Origin: Phoronis australis
Taxonomy: Eukaryota > Animalia > Phoronida
Length of the DNA: 64,000 bases
Assembly: GCA_002633005.1 (NCBI GenBank)
Contig: NMRA01000314.1
Coordinates: 158,898-222,897 of the forward strand
Reading direction: 5' to 3'
Both the position numbers and the translations under genes were made by a program. Shown here in pieces: positions 39,601 to 53,028 of the stretch; positions within the stretch are counted from its first letter, which is position 1; each line of letters begins with the position of its first letter. The notes beneath the pieces were generated by a model. It searched no databases. It worked only from the letters and a program-made list of their open reading frames with translations, and was not told where the DNA came from.

Positions 39601-40084
39601 ATGAAAATGATGCAGTAATGTCCAAAGTTTGTCGACTACTTAAACTACTTATACGAGTACATCAGACAAAATAACCAGTGCTGGTCAATGATTTGTAACA
39701 AGAGCAACGCAATACACCTAATACTGCACCTTAAACAATATGCTTCTTGGGGTGTGCATTGCTATCATATAATATAATTAGACAGCCAGGATGTTGACTC
39801 TATGGGACCACAGTAAAAATTTTTAAAAAGTAATAGTGAATAAATAAATAACAATAAATCAATAAAAATAAGTAAATAAATAAATAATGATAAATAAATA
39901 ATAGAATACATTACAGTATACCTGAAAATAAATATATGATAATATAACAATATAACAATAATAAAATTTAAATAATAATAATTAATGTAATTATCTTTTA
40001 GATTTGAATGTATTAAGACAGCAGAAAGAAATGAAAGAAAGTAGCTAGAAGCATCAATGGGCATAGAACAAGCTAATCAGTAGT

Positions 40085-40330
40085 CCTCAAAATCATGCAA
40101 ACCATTTAATATAATTTTCTATATAAGCGGTCGAATGCAGGGAACAGTAAAGACATTCAAGTTCAAATCACCCAATCCATCACTGACTGGAAAAAACATC
40201 CTAGGTGCCACCATAGAGTCAAATAATTTAAATGCTATTTTTACATTTCTGCTTCGTCCCACTTTGGATAAATAAGACTTGACTAAATAAAGGGCTTTAC
40301 TTGCCTGTAATGATATTTTTTTCAATGTCA
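40085..40330 (-). mobile_element. Short LINE ORF2 fragment (CR1/L2-like, region downstream of RT)
   Basis: QASKALYLVK...KIAFKLFDSMVAP resembles the KLFDSxVxP motif of this region. Confidence 0.5.
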
Positions 40331-40997
40331 GGTTTGGGCCACCGTGGATCAGTCTATCATCGCTGCTGTATCTCAGCCCAACCTTCATAAAATGATCATA
40401 ACCACGGCTACTTTACTTGAATTTTAAAGCTCACCCTTTTTAGCTGGATAAAAGCGAAAATAAAATCAGGCGGGCCTTTCGCTTTCATAAAATCAGTCTT
40501 ACAATACTCCCGTGGCAGGATTTCCACTACCAGCAAGGAAAAGGCGCGTGTACCCCATGACCTGCGACTTGAGTCGGTATCGGAAATGGAGTCCTATCAC
40601 AGTAATAAGTCAGCATTGCGCGGGGACCTTTGATATTTTGGGAACGTCGACATTGTAGATTTTTCGGTAGGGACCTTGACGCAGCTAATTAGGGGAAGGA
40701 AAACCTGTATACGCAACGACGACTCTCAGAAGAGACCTGAGATGAGACGGAAGTCGTAATACCAGAAATGAGGATGTCGTCACGGTTGCTCCCAAAGAGC
40801 GGGTCTCAAATTCGGATGTAATGTAGTCCAGAAAGAGAACGTTCTCGCGTTACCTCCTGCCAAACTTTCAAGCGTGCTTAAAGGATTGATTACACCTCAT
40901 TACATACTCCAACGAAATATTTAGTCGGAAAATGACTTGAAATTTTTTATTTAGTTTTATTTTGCGTGTTTGTTAAGTTGCTTGAGTCGCTGGAAGT

Positions 40998-42060
40998 GGG
41001 GACAACCCACTATTCCGAAGGTTCACTACTCTGAAGGTTCAATATTCCAACATTCGCTACTTCAAAGGTTCACTACTTCGAAGGTTCACTACTTCGAAGG
41101 TTCACTACTCTGAAAATATCTAAAATTTCGGACCGGGGTGTATACTTTTACATGCAAAAAATAAACGGTACTTTGATTATTAGCTGCTCTGAGAGGGAGA
41201 GAAACTTTTATTTTTAAAATCATATGAAAACATGCATTGCTATGTGACTAGGTGTCCAGCAAAGGCACGGGCCGCTAATAGCTGACCAGAGTAACAATAG
41301 ATTAAATAGATATTAGCAGTCGAGAAGAACAATATAAATAACATCAGAAATAATACATTTACATTGAGATAAGATACAATGCTAGTTTATTTAAAAACCT
41401 AATAAATCATATGTATTTCACTTAGTGGTATACCTCTGCCCAAAACAAGGCCCGGATTTCACACGCAGGTCTTGAGTTACGAATACGGAAAATGAGTACG
41501 TATTTGCATTTTAAAAGAATATGAAATAGGAATATTGATGAATTATGAACCACTACACATTCACCAAATCCATTTCAAGATAGCATCATTTCACAGCGTA
41601 AGTAAAAAGTTTAGGACCTCTGCGCCTCAACCTCACCCATCGGAACCACGCGCACGGCTGGGTCAAAACTAAATGTAGTTAGTAGTCTGCCAGTCTTCAC
41701 GAAGTCAAAGACTCATATCCCACTCGGATTTTTAAATTTAATACCGCCGTTGGAGGAGAATGAGTCGTTAGTTAGATTCAAGAATCCCGGTTGACAGTGA
41801 ATGGAACTCAGCTCACCTGTAAACAATACGCAATCAAAGTTTTAAGAACTATTCAACTCTTGCACGCTCTTTAGAAGGTTACTAAATGGACACAAATACA
41901 ATACTTTATTCACGCCAGTTCCTACTCAATAGCAGACAATCAGAATGATGAACTGTCGGAGTTACTGTTTCAGAATTGTGGACTTTCAAAGCAGTGAACT
42001 TTCGAAGTTAGGCTAGCGAACCTTCGGAGTAGTGGACCTTCGGAATAGTGGCATGTAACC
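40998..42060. mobile_element. Element bounded by inverted arrays of a 16-bp unit (TTCACTACTTCGAAGG)
   Basis: About 7 tandem units at 41008-41115 and inverted units at ~41990-42052; related inverted array at 27950-28043. Confidence 0.6.
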
Positions 42061-42789
42061 TTGGTTAATCTTTTGTTGCTCATATGAAGTCTTTGGGGCT
42101 GTGCACCTTTGGCACTGATTTACATGGGAAGGCGTTCACACACGTGTACCCGCCTGCATGTCAATTCACCAATCTACAATCAAAGTGGCCACTGGATGAA
42201 CTAATCTAACGATCACTTTCAATTCGAAATTTGAATATGCCTGCACTTTGCCGTACTATGACAGCAAGTATACCAAAATAGCAAATGTTCCTGCCGTTTT
42301 GTTCCTTGGTCGATTTTAAGGCGTCCACACCACATTACATTTTGGGAGCTCTCTCGCTGCTATACAGCCTAGATAGGTATAGACACTTGTTTGTAGACAT
42401 CCTTGGTACTCTATTGTGTAGCCACGATAAACAACATGAAGCCTCCTCTTATCGTCTGCACAATTCTGTGATTTACGCAAACACCATTCGGGCGAAGCTG
42501 GCCTGGTAAGGTCCAATGATTACATGAAGCGCTTTGAACCAGAAGCAAATTCAAAATTATTAACAACTTATTTATCATTGTAGTTATTATTACCAGTAGC
42601 TGCAACAATTTTTTTGTTGTCTGTCTATATCTCATTTTTAACGGATAGGCTGGGGCGGGACCTTTTCTGCCTGGGGGCTCCATCAAAACTCCCCNCCGCC
42701 GGCTGCGGGCCTGTGTTTCTTACTTTTCTGGTGAACGCAAATTCACATATGCAAAAATTTACTTCAGTATCAAATTTGCATTATATTTA

Positions 42790-42990
42790 AGTGGTGCTGA
42801 AGTAATTTTGCAATACTACCTTGGGGTGGTGCTAAAGTAAACTTGCACTCATTTACTTTGGGGTGGTGCTACGGTAAATTTCCAATACCTTGGGGTGGTT
42901 CTAAAGAAAATTTGCACTAGGTTGGGCGTTGGGGGTGGTGCTGGAGTAAATTTAAGCTAGTTTGGGGTGGTGTTGAAGTAAATTTGCTCC
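42790..42990. repeat. Minisatellite with TTGGGGTGGTGCTAAAGTAAATTTGC core, about 6 units of 30-40 bp
   Basis: Directly visible tandem units. Confidence 0.8.
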
Positions 42991-44405
42991 TGAGTACAAG
43001 TAAACACTGAAATTGTGAACGTAGGATAAATTTAGTTACCGTTGCAAAGGACAGTTGCCAACATGAGTCGCACGGAAGCGTAAAATTCAAATTGACTTTG
43101 TATATGTTTAGATGACAACTGGATAACTAAAGTCTGAGAATCTTTGTATTCGAATTCGAATTAAAATTGAAGTCATTTTTGGAATATTCCGTTCTACTTT
43201 TTCGCGAACTCAGCATACGTGTCTATGAATGCAAAGTTTGTAGTCCAAATCTGCACCTGATGACCCGAGATTCGAGCGACAATCTCGAGTGAAAACTTGG
43301 AATTTCGAGTTCGAACTCAAATGTTTAGCCTTAATGCCGGGTCATAAAGTTAGGATTAGACACTTTTCCACCTAAGCCATTATTTACAAGAGCATACAGT
43401 ATTAGACAGTCATCCTAAGTTCGCACAACAGTAGAATAGAAAATGCCAAAAAAATGTCTATTTCCGGGCACTGGTCAGTCGTGTAGGTTTCTAGTAACAA
43501 TGTAATCCTCCCAATTCAAAATGCTTGGCAAACGAAGACAGTCGTGAAGTGACAACAAGACAAGGTGCTTGCTTTCACTTTGGAAAAAAAATATTGAAGA
43601 ACTTATGGGGGACCGAAAGATAATTCTGTTTACGGTGAACCGAGCATGTGTGTGATATGCTCCCTCCAGTCTTGTGATAGTTTCATTTTCTAAAAATTTC
43701 GCTCTGGCAGACTGATGAAATCTCAAACCTCAACCCAGTCTATACGTATTGTAGAAATCTCCTCTTTTTCGCTAAGACCAGTCTACCCATCACCGCAGCC
43801 CTTTAGAAAATTAGCATATCATGCACGGGCATTGGTTTTAAAAAGTCATAAAAAATAATTTTTCAACCTGTGCAACTTTACTCATAAGTAAGTGCAGTCA
43901 CGTATGAAAATGTTTTCCATGTAACGGAGCCTTAGGACTATTCGCTTGAAGCTGGGACGTCCTGGGTGGAGTTCAGTATTCTGGGATCATGTCTCCAAAG
44001 AAAGACAGGAACTTGCGAAATTTCGTGTATTTTCAATGACAGCATTTGATTTTGGCTAGATTTTTCTCGTTGAGAGACAGTTATTGAACACATGTCTTTC
44101 AAGATAACATGGTTGCAGATATCAATATCATTTTGAATAATGGTTGTCATCATTTGTATTACTTATGCATGTTTGTGATGCAAAAGACTACAGAATGGTC
44201 ACGTTGAAGTAGTTGGCAATAGCCGGAACAACGAGTGCCAATGTAAATAACATCTTGTTGTGCCCGGTACTCCAGTTATAAGCAGCCATTTTTAAATGAT
44301 GATGACACTTGCTGGCCTTATCTTGCGTTTTCGTGACGTTTTCGGTCATGTCTACGGACATAATACATGTGGATGGTTTCTTAAAGCTGTGATCTCTCCT
44401 TCCAG

Positions 44406-44501
44406 ATGAAGAATTACGAAGCTATAAGTGACGAAACGAGTGACGATACCTTGCTTGCCAACAACCAAAAGTTCTTCACGAAAGTAGATCTTGTGACAAT
44501 C
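44406..44501 (+). CDS. MFS transporter gene B, first coding exon (3' end and donor fall in an N gap)
   Basis: ttccag|ATG; MKNYEAISDETSDDTLL aligns with the gene A exon. Confidence 0.75.
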
Positions 44502-44619
44502 NNNNNNNNNNNNNNNNNNNNNNNNNNNNNNNNNNNNNNNNNNNNNNNNNNNNNNNNNNNNNNNNNNNNNNNNNNNNNNNNNNNNNNNNNNNNNNNNNNN
44601 NNNNNNNNNNNNNNNNNNN
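44502..44619. other. Assembly gap covering the end of a gene B coding exon
   Basis: N run. Confidence 1.
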
Positions 44620-44636
44620 CAAAACAGTATTACTAA

Positions 44637-45350
44637 CCATTTACTTCACTTTGACATACAGGTGACGCTGACGTTAACTGGGTCAGGTCAAACCTTGTGA
44701 GAACGAAATGGCGGGTGGTTGATTTGTCGTTGACACTGGGGATAAAATGTAGCGAAATATAACTTGTTAAGACCTTCCATTATTCCATTAGTGCACAAGC
44801 TGCAAGTTTTTGCTTCTACTCGTAACTAGTCTTTTGCCCCACACTGAAAGTTACTTTTCTGATTTACAATTCCCAGAATTTCCTCCTAATTTCCGCGTTA
44901 TTGATTATTCATTTTGGAGACCTTCAGCTCTGCTTGTTGTCAGAAATACATCACATACTTCTGTTGTCAGGTTAAGAAACAGGGGAAACTAGCTGAGGGC
45001 TATTAATACTGAAAATCAAGAAATTTGAATGAAGTAAAAAGAGCAAGTTCCAACGTATTGCCAACAAGTCAAAAAATCTGTTGGGGATGCGCAAGGGACA
45101 GCTGAGAGCGTGACACAATAAAACACTTGCCGGCAGCAACTACAGCCGCAATCACATCCGTTCCAAACCGACAGTCTGCGTCTAAATGCACTAAGCCTCT
45201 TCACCTCCCCCATCGCCCTCAGTAGGGAATTACAGGGAATTCAGCCCGTATCAGGAGCGGTGTGCACATAGTGCACGCATGGTGCCACCAGACCTTACAT
45301 CGTACGAACGGGGAGTCTCTAACCTCACAGAGATCCCCTATAAACCAGGT
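44637..45350 (-). pseudogene. Paralogous copy of the nested antisense exon remnants in gene B intron 2
   Basis: Colinear with 8727-9445; gattttcag acceptor retained; stops present. Confidence 0.38.
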
Positions 45351-45758
45351 ACAAGGCTATGAAAGCCTGTGCGAGCGTCACTCGCTTGCTCCTGAGCGCT
45401 AATGGTCACTGACTTGCAGGGGTCCCGAGTTCGGTATAACTTCGGGCGATTATCTGGGGGTTATTGTGATGTGATTAGGTTGAATAATAATAAATAAATA
45501 AGTAGTTCCACTCCAAACAGCTTCGTTACATGACATGGTTGCAGACGGATTTTTGCTACGGAACAGTTCAAAACATTGGACTTTAAAAGGTGTCTTCGGT
45601 AGCCTTTAGAACTCAGGACTTAAACTAAAGCACTATCTTTATCGTAAACACTATCTACGTGGTCTTTTCTGTGTTTGTTCTGGTGTCATCTGTGCACTCG
45701 CTCAGTGCAGTAAACAGAAACAGTGACCTCAGTTATACTTTTTTAGAACGTGAGTACA

Positions 45759-46530
45759 TTTTTATGCACCCACATATTTATATGTGGACGCATTATGCGG
45801 ATATCTCGGTCCGTCCGGCGTCGGCCGTCCCTCGTCCGTCCGGCGTCCGTCTCCAAAACACTTTGAAGTATGTTCATGAAATTTTGCACGTGTTCCTTTC
45901 TTGAAAGGGACGATATGAGCGAACTTTCGGACGGATCCGATTATCGGTGTGCCCCCCTAGTGGCAAAAGTTGTTACGCTTACCTCTGTATCTTCAAAGGT
46001 CCTCAACGTATTTTCATAAAATTTGGCATCTTTTAGTGAGATGACGCTGCCCTCCCGTTTTCAGATGGATTCGACATAGTTTGCGCCACCTCGAGGTCAT
46101 TTTTACAGTTTTCGAGCCTGTTTTTGGCATCCACCCCTCAATCAACCAAACTGCTCAAAGGATGATTGTGAAAATTAGCATGCATGGAAAGGACGACTCA
46201 TGATGATTTTCCGACTTCGGCTACTGTGGCACCTCCTAGTGGCAGTTTTGATTTTTTGCACCCATGGCTGTATCTCTTAAACTGTTTCCAGAATCTTTAT
46301 CAAATTTAGCAAGTGTATTTACAAAAAGTTGACTACAGAAGACCACTACTTTCGAACGGATCAGACTGCCGGTGTGCCCCCTACTGGCAATTTTAGTTCT
46401 CTTACATTTACATTTACCTTTGTATCTTCAAAGGTTTTTAACGGAATATCATAATATTTGGAATATAGGCATCTATTAGTGAGATAACGCTTTCCTCCGT
46501 TTTCGGATGGAGTCGAGGTATTTTGCATCG
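45759..46530 (+). mobile_element. 3'-truncated HINE of the same family as 854-2492, in gene B intron 2
   Basis: TTTTTATGCACCCACATAT start, (GTCC)n tract and the same internal repeats; paralog homology resumes at ~46530. Confidence 0.72.
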
Positions 46531-46752
46531 TAACCACTTCTCCTAATCCGTTCAGATACATCGCACGATCTTGCTTGTCTATAAGAACAGTACTCGACCG
46601 ACCATCGGCTGATATGTGATTAACGCATAAACCTTAGTAATGACGAGTGATAGTGAATTATATGCACGTATTTTAAAGAATTTTTGTGCTTCCTTTTTGA
46701 AATTCAGATATGCCTGGCGTTATGTGTGACATGTCGTATTTTGTTGTTGCAG

Positions 46753-47038
46753 GCCATGATATCCTTTGCATTGGGCTCATTTCTACCAGACGTGCTTCAA
46801 ATAACTCAAAGCCCAACAGGAAGTGCCTGGTATATCCTCGTGCCATTTGCATCAGGAATGGTTACAGGAACGCTGGGAGCAAGATACTTCATATCTGTAA
46901 TCGACTCCATTCTCCTGTTAGTTGTTTTGATCGTCACGCGAGCGACCATGGTAGTTGTTATCCCATTCGTTCAGGCAATACAAATTACGGGAACAATGTT
47001 CTTATTTCTTGGATTCTTCGCAGGAGTATCGGAAGTAG
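46753..47038 (+). CDS. MFS transporter gene B, second coding exon
   Basis: ttgcag acceptor and G|GTAAGA donor; 286 bp, colinear with 10914-11199. Confidence 0.88.
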
Positions 47039-47059
47039 GTAAGAACCGGATAAGAGGCG

Positions 47060-47820
47060 AAAGGGAGGGAGACGGGGAAGGGGGAAGCGAGAGACATCCA
47101 TATTCCTTCTTAGACCACCGCACAATGTTGCGGTCCTGGCTCATTGGGAATGTCACGTTTTTCTCGCGATTCCCCTTGGATGGAGCCGACACATGTAGTC
47201 ATTGGTTAAGCCATTTGGAACACCCCAAGTATTTTCGTAGAAACTTTTCCAGCTGTTTCCCTATGAAATGACGGTGAACTACACTTAGTTTGGCGATTTT
47301 GCTCACACGGGGCCGCTGAAACAAAGTCAGGTAAAAGTAATTTAAGTCAGCGGTCGTGGTTGTTAGCAATAAGGCATCAAATCGATTCCGTTTCGAACTA
47401 CTTAAATGAACGTGAAAGTAGGAGGTTAGTGGAGCTAAGTATTAAATTCAAAGGGATTGGTTAGAAAACAGCGAATGCTCAATACCACCCAGCAGGCCTG
47501 TAGCATACCGGCCAGGCTCGTCCCTTGTATGTTATCATCACACGTATTGCTGTGTTTGGACTTTCAATTAGAAACATGCACAGATTTTAGGCATAAAATG
47601 GTAGAAGTTATGGCATTCTCCTGATTGTCTCCTCCCGCCAACCCTTCCCTTTCTGTATCACGATTCATAGTCAGCCAGCCGAAATCTGCAATTTCAGGTT
47701 TGAGGACAAGTTATGTTAGCAGCATTCAACTAGGCTCAAAGTACTCTCTCTTGAACACGATTGCCACGCTAAAGTGCACACCGTTGCCAGGGTAACCAGG
47801 CTTTTTGCCAGTCATAATCT
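47060..47820 (-). pseudogene. Paralogous copy of the nested antisense exon remnants in gene B intron 3, interrupted by a ~200-bp insertion
   Basis: Colinear with 11415-11908; catttcatag acceptor; GNSWKSFYENTWGVPNG...DIPNEPGPQHCAVV*EGIW. Confidence 0.38.
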
Positions 47821-47844
47821 TAAATTTCCATTTTTCCACGATCA

Positions 47845-47845
47845 G

Positions 47846-47893
<48 letters not shown>
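47845..47893. repeat. (GC)n(AC)n microsatellite, paralogous to the one at ~11921-11960
   Basis: Directly visible; same intron position in both genes. Confidence 0.9.
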
Positions 47894-47895
<2 letters not shown>

Positions 47896-48801
47896 TGTAT
47901 TCAGAGGTGTTCCGACAAAATGCATTAGCTCGGCAGAATGCCATGGAGATGTGTGAGATTTTGCTGCAGGTTTTAGTGTTCCCTAATTATTACGTACTTG
48001 AATCATCAGAAAACGTATAAAATTTAGCCGAGCCAATTTTAGTTTTTGTGTTGGGAAACCACTAGCCTGTTTCAGCTCGTTACGACCAAATGATGTAGAA
48101 CTCGCGTGACAACTTCTATCTCGCGTGGCTGAGGTTGGCTGCGCATGCGTCGATAATTGTATGAATTCGTTTGTTCCGGTGTTGTTTCTTGCTATGGAAT
48201 ATCAGATAGTCCTTGGGATGGAATGTTTATTTAGTGCAATGTAAGTTTAGAACTTTGATCACCAATAACATCCTCTGATCAAATTCCATCTACATGTTTT
48301 TCAATGTGTTTTAATCTAATGGCACAAAACTTGTCAAATTTAGGATCATCTGCTTTTGATTTGGGAAGCCGGCCGAGGGTACTACCGCGGTCTAGTACCT
48401 GGCTGATAGGCGTAACGTAAGTCTTCTAGACGTATTACAGTAATTTCGAAAGTTTATAATTTCCTTAAAATGTTTTCGTATGGTCTAGCACCACCCGAAC
48501 TTAAATATGATAGCACTTGAAAATCATGCACCTAAAAACAACGACAGAAATATACATTTTAGCACTAATCCAAAAGGAAAAATGCGACTTTCTTTTCTGT
48601 TACTAAAACTTCGTAACTCAGCCAATTTTCAACATAACTGCGTAATGTAAGAGCCGCGTCGTTAGAACTTCCTTTGCGAATTCTTGGTGGTGTATATTAT
48701 ACCAGAAGAAACAAACAAATGATATAATTAATGAACAATTATTACTTTGGATATCTTTTAAGTCTAAAAATCAAGAGCGTTACCAAAAATCCGAACAACT
48801 A

Positions 48802-48992
48802 CATACGCGCACCCAGCCTTTAATATGGGGGGCTCGAATTTCTGACGATGTGGACCTTTTGCTGACAAAAAAGCGCGAAGACTAAAAAAAACGGGGTACT
48901 ACCTTCGGGACTGTGAACTGTGCGTCTGCGCCTTTTTAATGGACTTTCATTTCGTTTTCTTGGACTTTTTGTTTCTCTGAGGCGNGCGCATG
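48802..48992 (+). mobile_element. GC-rich MITE (CATGCGCGCACCCAG family) with 5-bp TSD
   Basis: Flanks aacta/aatta; empty site at ~15470 in gene A; related copies at 57334-57603 and 1-34. Confidence 0.72.
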
Positions 48993-49447
48993 AATTACAT
49001 AGTGTGTAGTAATGACACCTTTCTTGTAATAATTGACTGATTAATTAACTTTGTGTATAATAAGAACATAAAAACGAAAATGAGGCCGAGTGATATACAT
49101 CACATGAATGACTAGTTACACCAACAGGGAAATAGTATCAATGATTCAAAAATTGCTAGCGGATAAAGACAAGATTTTAGAATTGGAGTTTTTCACAGAT
49201 GCTGTGAAAAATTGAGTCAGGCATTCATCCAAAGTTACAAATCTTTGTACATTAGTTAGCCCTCTGCTGTAACGACATTCTTTAGTAAAAATGAATGTTG
49301 TAATGATATCGATAAAAACATCTTAATTATTCCAGCTGCCTTTGCGAAATTTGCAGGTAATGGCTTCTGACAGATAAAAATGGGCAAATTGTATTGTGTG
49401 GCTTTGAAATATGTTGTGGATAACTCGTTACGTTGGTTGCAGTTAAG

Positions 49448-49695
49448 GGGCCCGTTCCAACAAAACTGACTTAGCTAAGACAATTCCTAAATTTTACTAA
49501 ATTTTAAAATAAAAGTTCAATTTGTCTCAAAATCATTTCAAGAAAGAGATGTTAGGCTTGATTTAAGTGTTTGACGTACGTTTTGGCTTAATTTTGATGA
49601 ATTTAGCAGATATGGAAGCTTCAAAGTTTGGAAGTTAAGACAAATCTTAGACTTAAGTCAATAATGAACTTAAGTCAGTTTCTTGGAACGGGCCC
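49448..49695. mobile_element. PIF/Harbinger-like MITE
   Basis: TIR GGGCCCGTTCCAA; 3-bp flanks aag/cag; empty site in the duplicate block at ~50503. Confidence 0.78.
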
Positions 49696-50807
49696 CAGGA
49701 CTTTACTTAAAAATTTATCAACTGAATCGTTTTTTCGCAAAGTAAAAATTGGTAAAACAATATATACTGGAACACGTTTTTACTGCTGGTACAATTCTAA
49801 AGAATGTGGACTCTGGTGGTAGAATTACACTTTCATATTCGTAACAAAGAGGTAGATGTTATTTGGACCACCTGTTGCACAGTTGTTAACATTCGACAAT
49901 GAAGAAGGAGACAATGGTATTAAAAAGCGCGATATCTGGGTAAAAGCGGGACACCTGGCTCTATGCCAAAACTCAAGCATGAAATGTTCACTGCAACACA
50001 TAACAAGAGCAACGCGGAGTGTTGAAATGCGCCCACGAATGCACTGCAAACTGTGTTCTTCTAGGATTTTTATTTGTTTCATAAAAATAGCCACTAGATA
50101 GCGCAAAAACGTCCAATCCACTTGAAAACGGGAAAATGCCATCACTTATTTAATGGAAAACTATTTACCAAATTTCATAAAAATCAGTCACGGAACTTTA
50201 GAGCAACGAAGGAAAACGGAAAAATTTGCCACTATGGACTCNGAGTTTTTCACAGATGCTGTGAAAAATTGAGTCAGGCATTCATCCAAAGTTACAAATC
50301 TTTGTACATTAGTTAGCTCTCTGCTGTAACGACATTCTTTAGTAAAAATGAATGTTGTAATGATATCGATAAAAACATCTTAATTATTCCAGCTGCCTTT
50401 GCGAAATTTGCAGGTAATGGCATCTGACAGATAAAAATGGGCAAATTGTATTGTGTGGCTTTGAAATATGCTGTGGGTAACTCATTACGTTAGTTGCAGT
50501 TAAGGACTTTACTTAAAAATTTATCAACTAAATCGTTTTTTCGCAAAGTAAAAATTGGTAAAACAATATATACTGGAACACGTTTTTACTGCTGGTACAA
50601 TTCTAAAGAATGTAGACTCTGGTGGTAGAATTACAATTTGATATTCGTAACAAAGAGGCAGATGTTATTTGGACCACCTGTTGCACAGTTGTTAACATTC
50701 GACAATGAAGAAGGAGACAATGGTATTAAAAAGCGCGATATCTGGGTAAAAGCGGGACACCTGGCTCTATGCCAAAACTCAAGCATGAAATGTTCACTGC
50801 AACACAT

Positions 50808-52574
50808 AACAAGAGCAACGCGGAGTGTTGAAATGCGCCCACGAATGCACTGCAAACTGTGTGCTTCTAGGATTTTTATTTGTTTCATAAAAATAGCCAC
50901 TAGATAGCGCAAAAACGTCCAATCTACCTGAAAACGGTAAAATGCCATCACTTATTTAATGGAAAACTATTTACCAAATTTCATAAAAATCAGTCACGGA
51001 ACTTTAGAGCAACGAAGGAAAACGGAAAAAATTGCCACTGTGGACTCAGCGTTCATTGGATCGGTCTGAAAGACGTCGCCTGTTGTTAGCTTCTGAGATA
51101 AATACAATTACTGAATTAAATAAAGATCATACAGTGTGTTAAGAAGATGCAGCTATGGGCGCAAAACAAAACTATCACTAGGAGGCGCCACAGTAGTCGA
51201 ATTATAGTCGTTATAGTCAACCGACCTCTTCACACTGAGAACATACACGCCAATTTTCAAAATCATCCTTAGAATGGTTTGGTTGATCGAGGGGTGGACG
51301 CCAAAAACAGACTCGAAAACAGTAAAAATGTGCACTAGGTGGCCCAAACTATGTCAAATCCATCCGAAAACGGGGTGATAGCGTCATCTCACTAAAAGAT
51401 GCCTATACGCCAAATTTTATGACAATAGGTTGAGGACCTTTGAAGCTACAGAGGTAAACGTAAAAAACTGAAATTGCCACTACGTGGCACACCGGTAGTC
51501 AGATGCATCCAAAAGTCGTCATCATTCATTGTCAACATCATATAAATATACTTGCTAAATTTAATAAAGATTGTGCCAACAGCTTAGGAGATACAGCTAT
51601 GGGCGCAAAAAACAAAACTGCCACTAGAGGCACCACAGTAGACGAAATCGTCGGAAAATCGTCGGAAAATCGTCGTCAGCTGTCTTCTTCATAGCAAAAA
51701 CATACATACCAATTTTCACAATCATCCTTAGAGCGGTTTGGTTTATAGTGGGTGGACGCCAAAAAACAGACTTGAAAACGGGAAAATGGCCACTAGGTGG
51801 CGCAAAGTACATCGATTCCGTCGGAAAACTGGAGGTTAGCATCATCTCACCAATAGATGCCTATATTCCAAATTTTCTGAAAAACTGTTGAGGACCTTTG
51901 AAGATACTGAGGTAAACCTAAAAAACTAAAATTGCCACTAGGGGGCACACTATTAGTCACAACTGTTCAAAAGTTCTTGTCATTCGTTGTGAACATAATA
52001 TAAATACACTTGCTAAATTTAGCAAAGATCCTGCAAACAGTTTATTAGATATAGCCATGAGCGCAAAAAACAAAACTGCCACTAGGAGGCGCCACAGTAG
52101 TCGAAGTCGTCGGAAAATCATGATCATCTTCGTAGTAAGAACATACATGCCAATTTTCACAATCATCCCTAGAGTGGTTTGGTTGATAGAGGGGTGGACA
52201 CCAAAAAAAGACGCGAAAACAACAAAAATGGCTCCTATGTGGCTCAAACTTCGTCGAATCCATAGCGTCATCTCACTACTAGATGCCTATATGCCAAATT
52301 TTATGAAAATACGTTGAGGTCCTTTGAATATAGATTATAGAGGTAAGCGTAAAAAACTAAAATTGTCACTAGGAGGCACTCCTGTAGTCAGATCCGTCCG
52401 AAAGTTTGATGATGTCGCCCCATCCATGAAAGGAATATTTGTGTCAGATTTCATGAACGTATGTCAAAGGGTTTTGGAGATAAAGCAGCAGACGCCGGAC
52501 GGACGGACGGATGGACGGACCGACGAAGATGACGGCATAATACGTCCAAATATAAATATGTGGGCGCATAAAAA
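50808..52574 (-). mobile_element. Full-length HINE (same family as 854-2492) in gene B intron 3
   Basis: Both termini are present in reverse orientation (GGGCGCATAAAAA; AACAAGAGCAACGCGGAGTGTTG), with a (GGAC)n tract and about 10 internal repeats. Confidence 0.75.
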
Positions 52575-53028
52575 TGTGCCGACAGCCGTTATTGTCGACC
52601 AGGTGTCATGGGTGTCATAATCGCCAAAAGCGCCCAATGACGTTTTTTTATTTTTATTCGCACGGGAAATGCTGGTGCTGCAAAAAATCGTCTCGTTGTT
52701 TTCTTTCAATTCAGTCGCACGGGAAAATAGAGGTTTGTCGTTTCGATGATGACTTCCGGCTTGCAGACCATCCAGTTGTCTAAGCCGGTTGACCCGGCGA
52801 AGACAATCAACTGCAACCCGGTGTCAAAGATGCATTGTATAGTGTCTTTGCTGGTATATAGAATTTGTTCTATTTAAACATTGCTGAATTGTTCAATATG
52901 TTCTCTGTGTAGTTGCTAGTATCTACAAAGATACTATATCTATAAAATCTTTGGTACCTAGTGACTCCACTAGCTGAAAGGTGGCGTACAAGTTCCTTAT
53001 GTAATGTTGTTTTATCTTCTTTTTCCAG

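Noticed and set aside
41008-42990. Short regularly spaced repeats (41008-41115, 42790-42990) as CRISPR arrays
   Set aside because: Units are contiguous or degenerate without unique constant-length spacers, no cas genes are present, and the context is eukaryotic.
49825-50951. Duplicated 106-aa ORFs as a small gene family
   Set aside because: They overlap the HINE 3' end inside an N-split duplicate and show no protein-like features.
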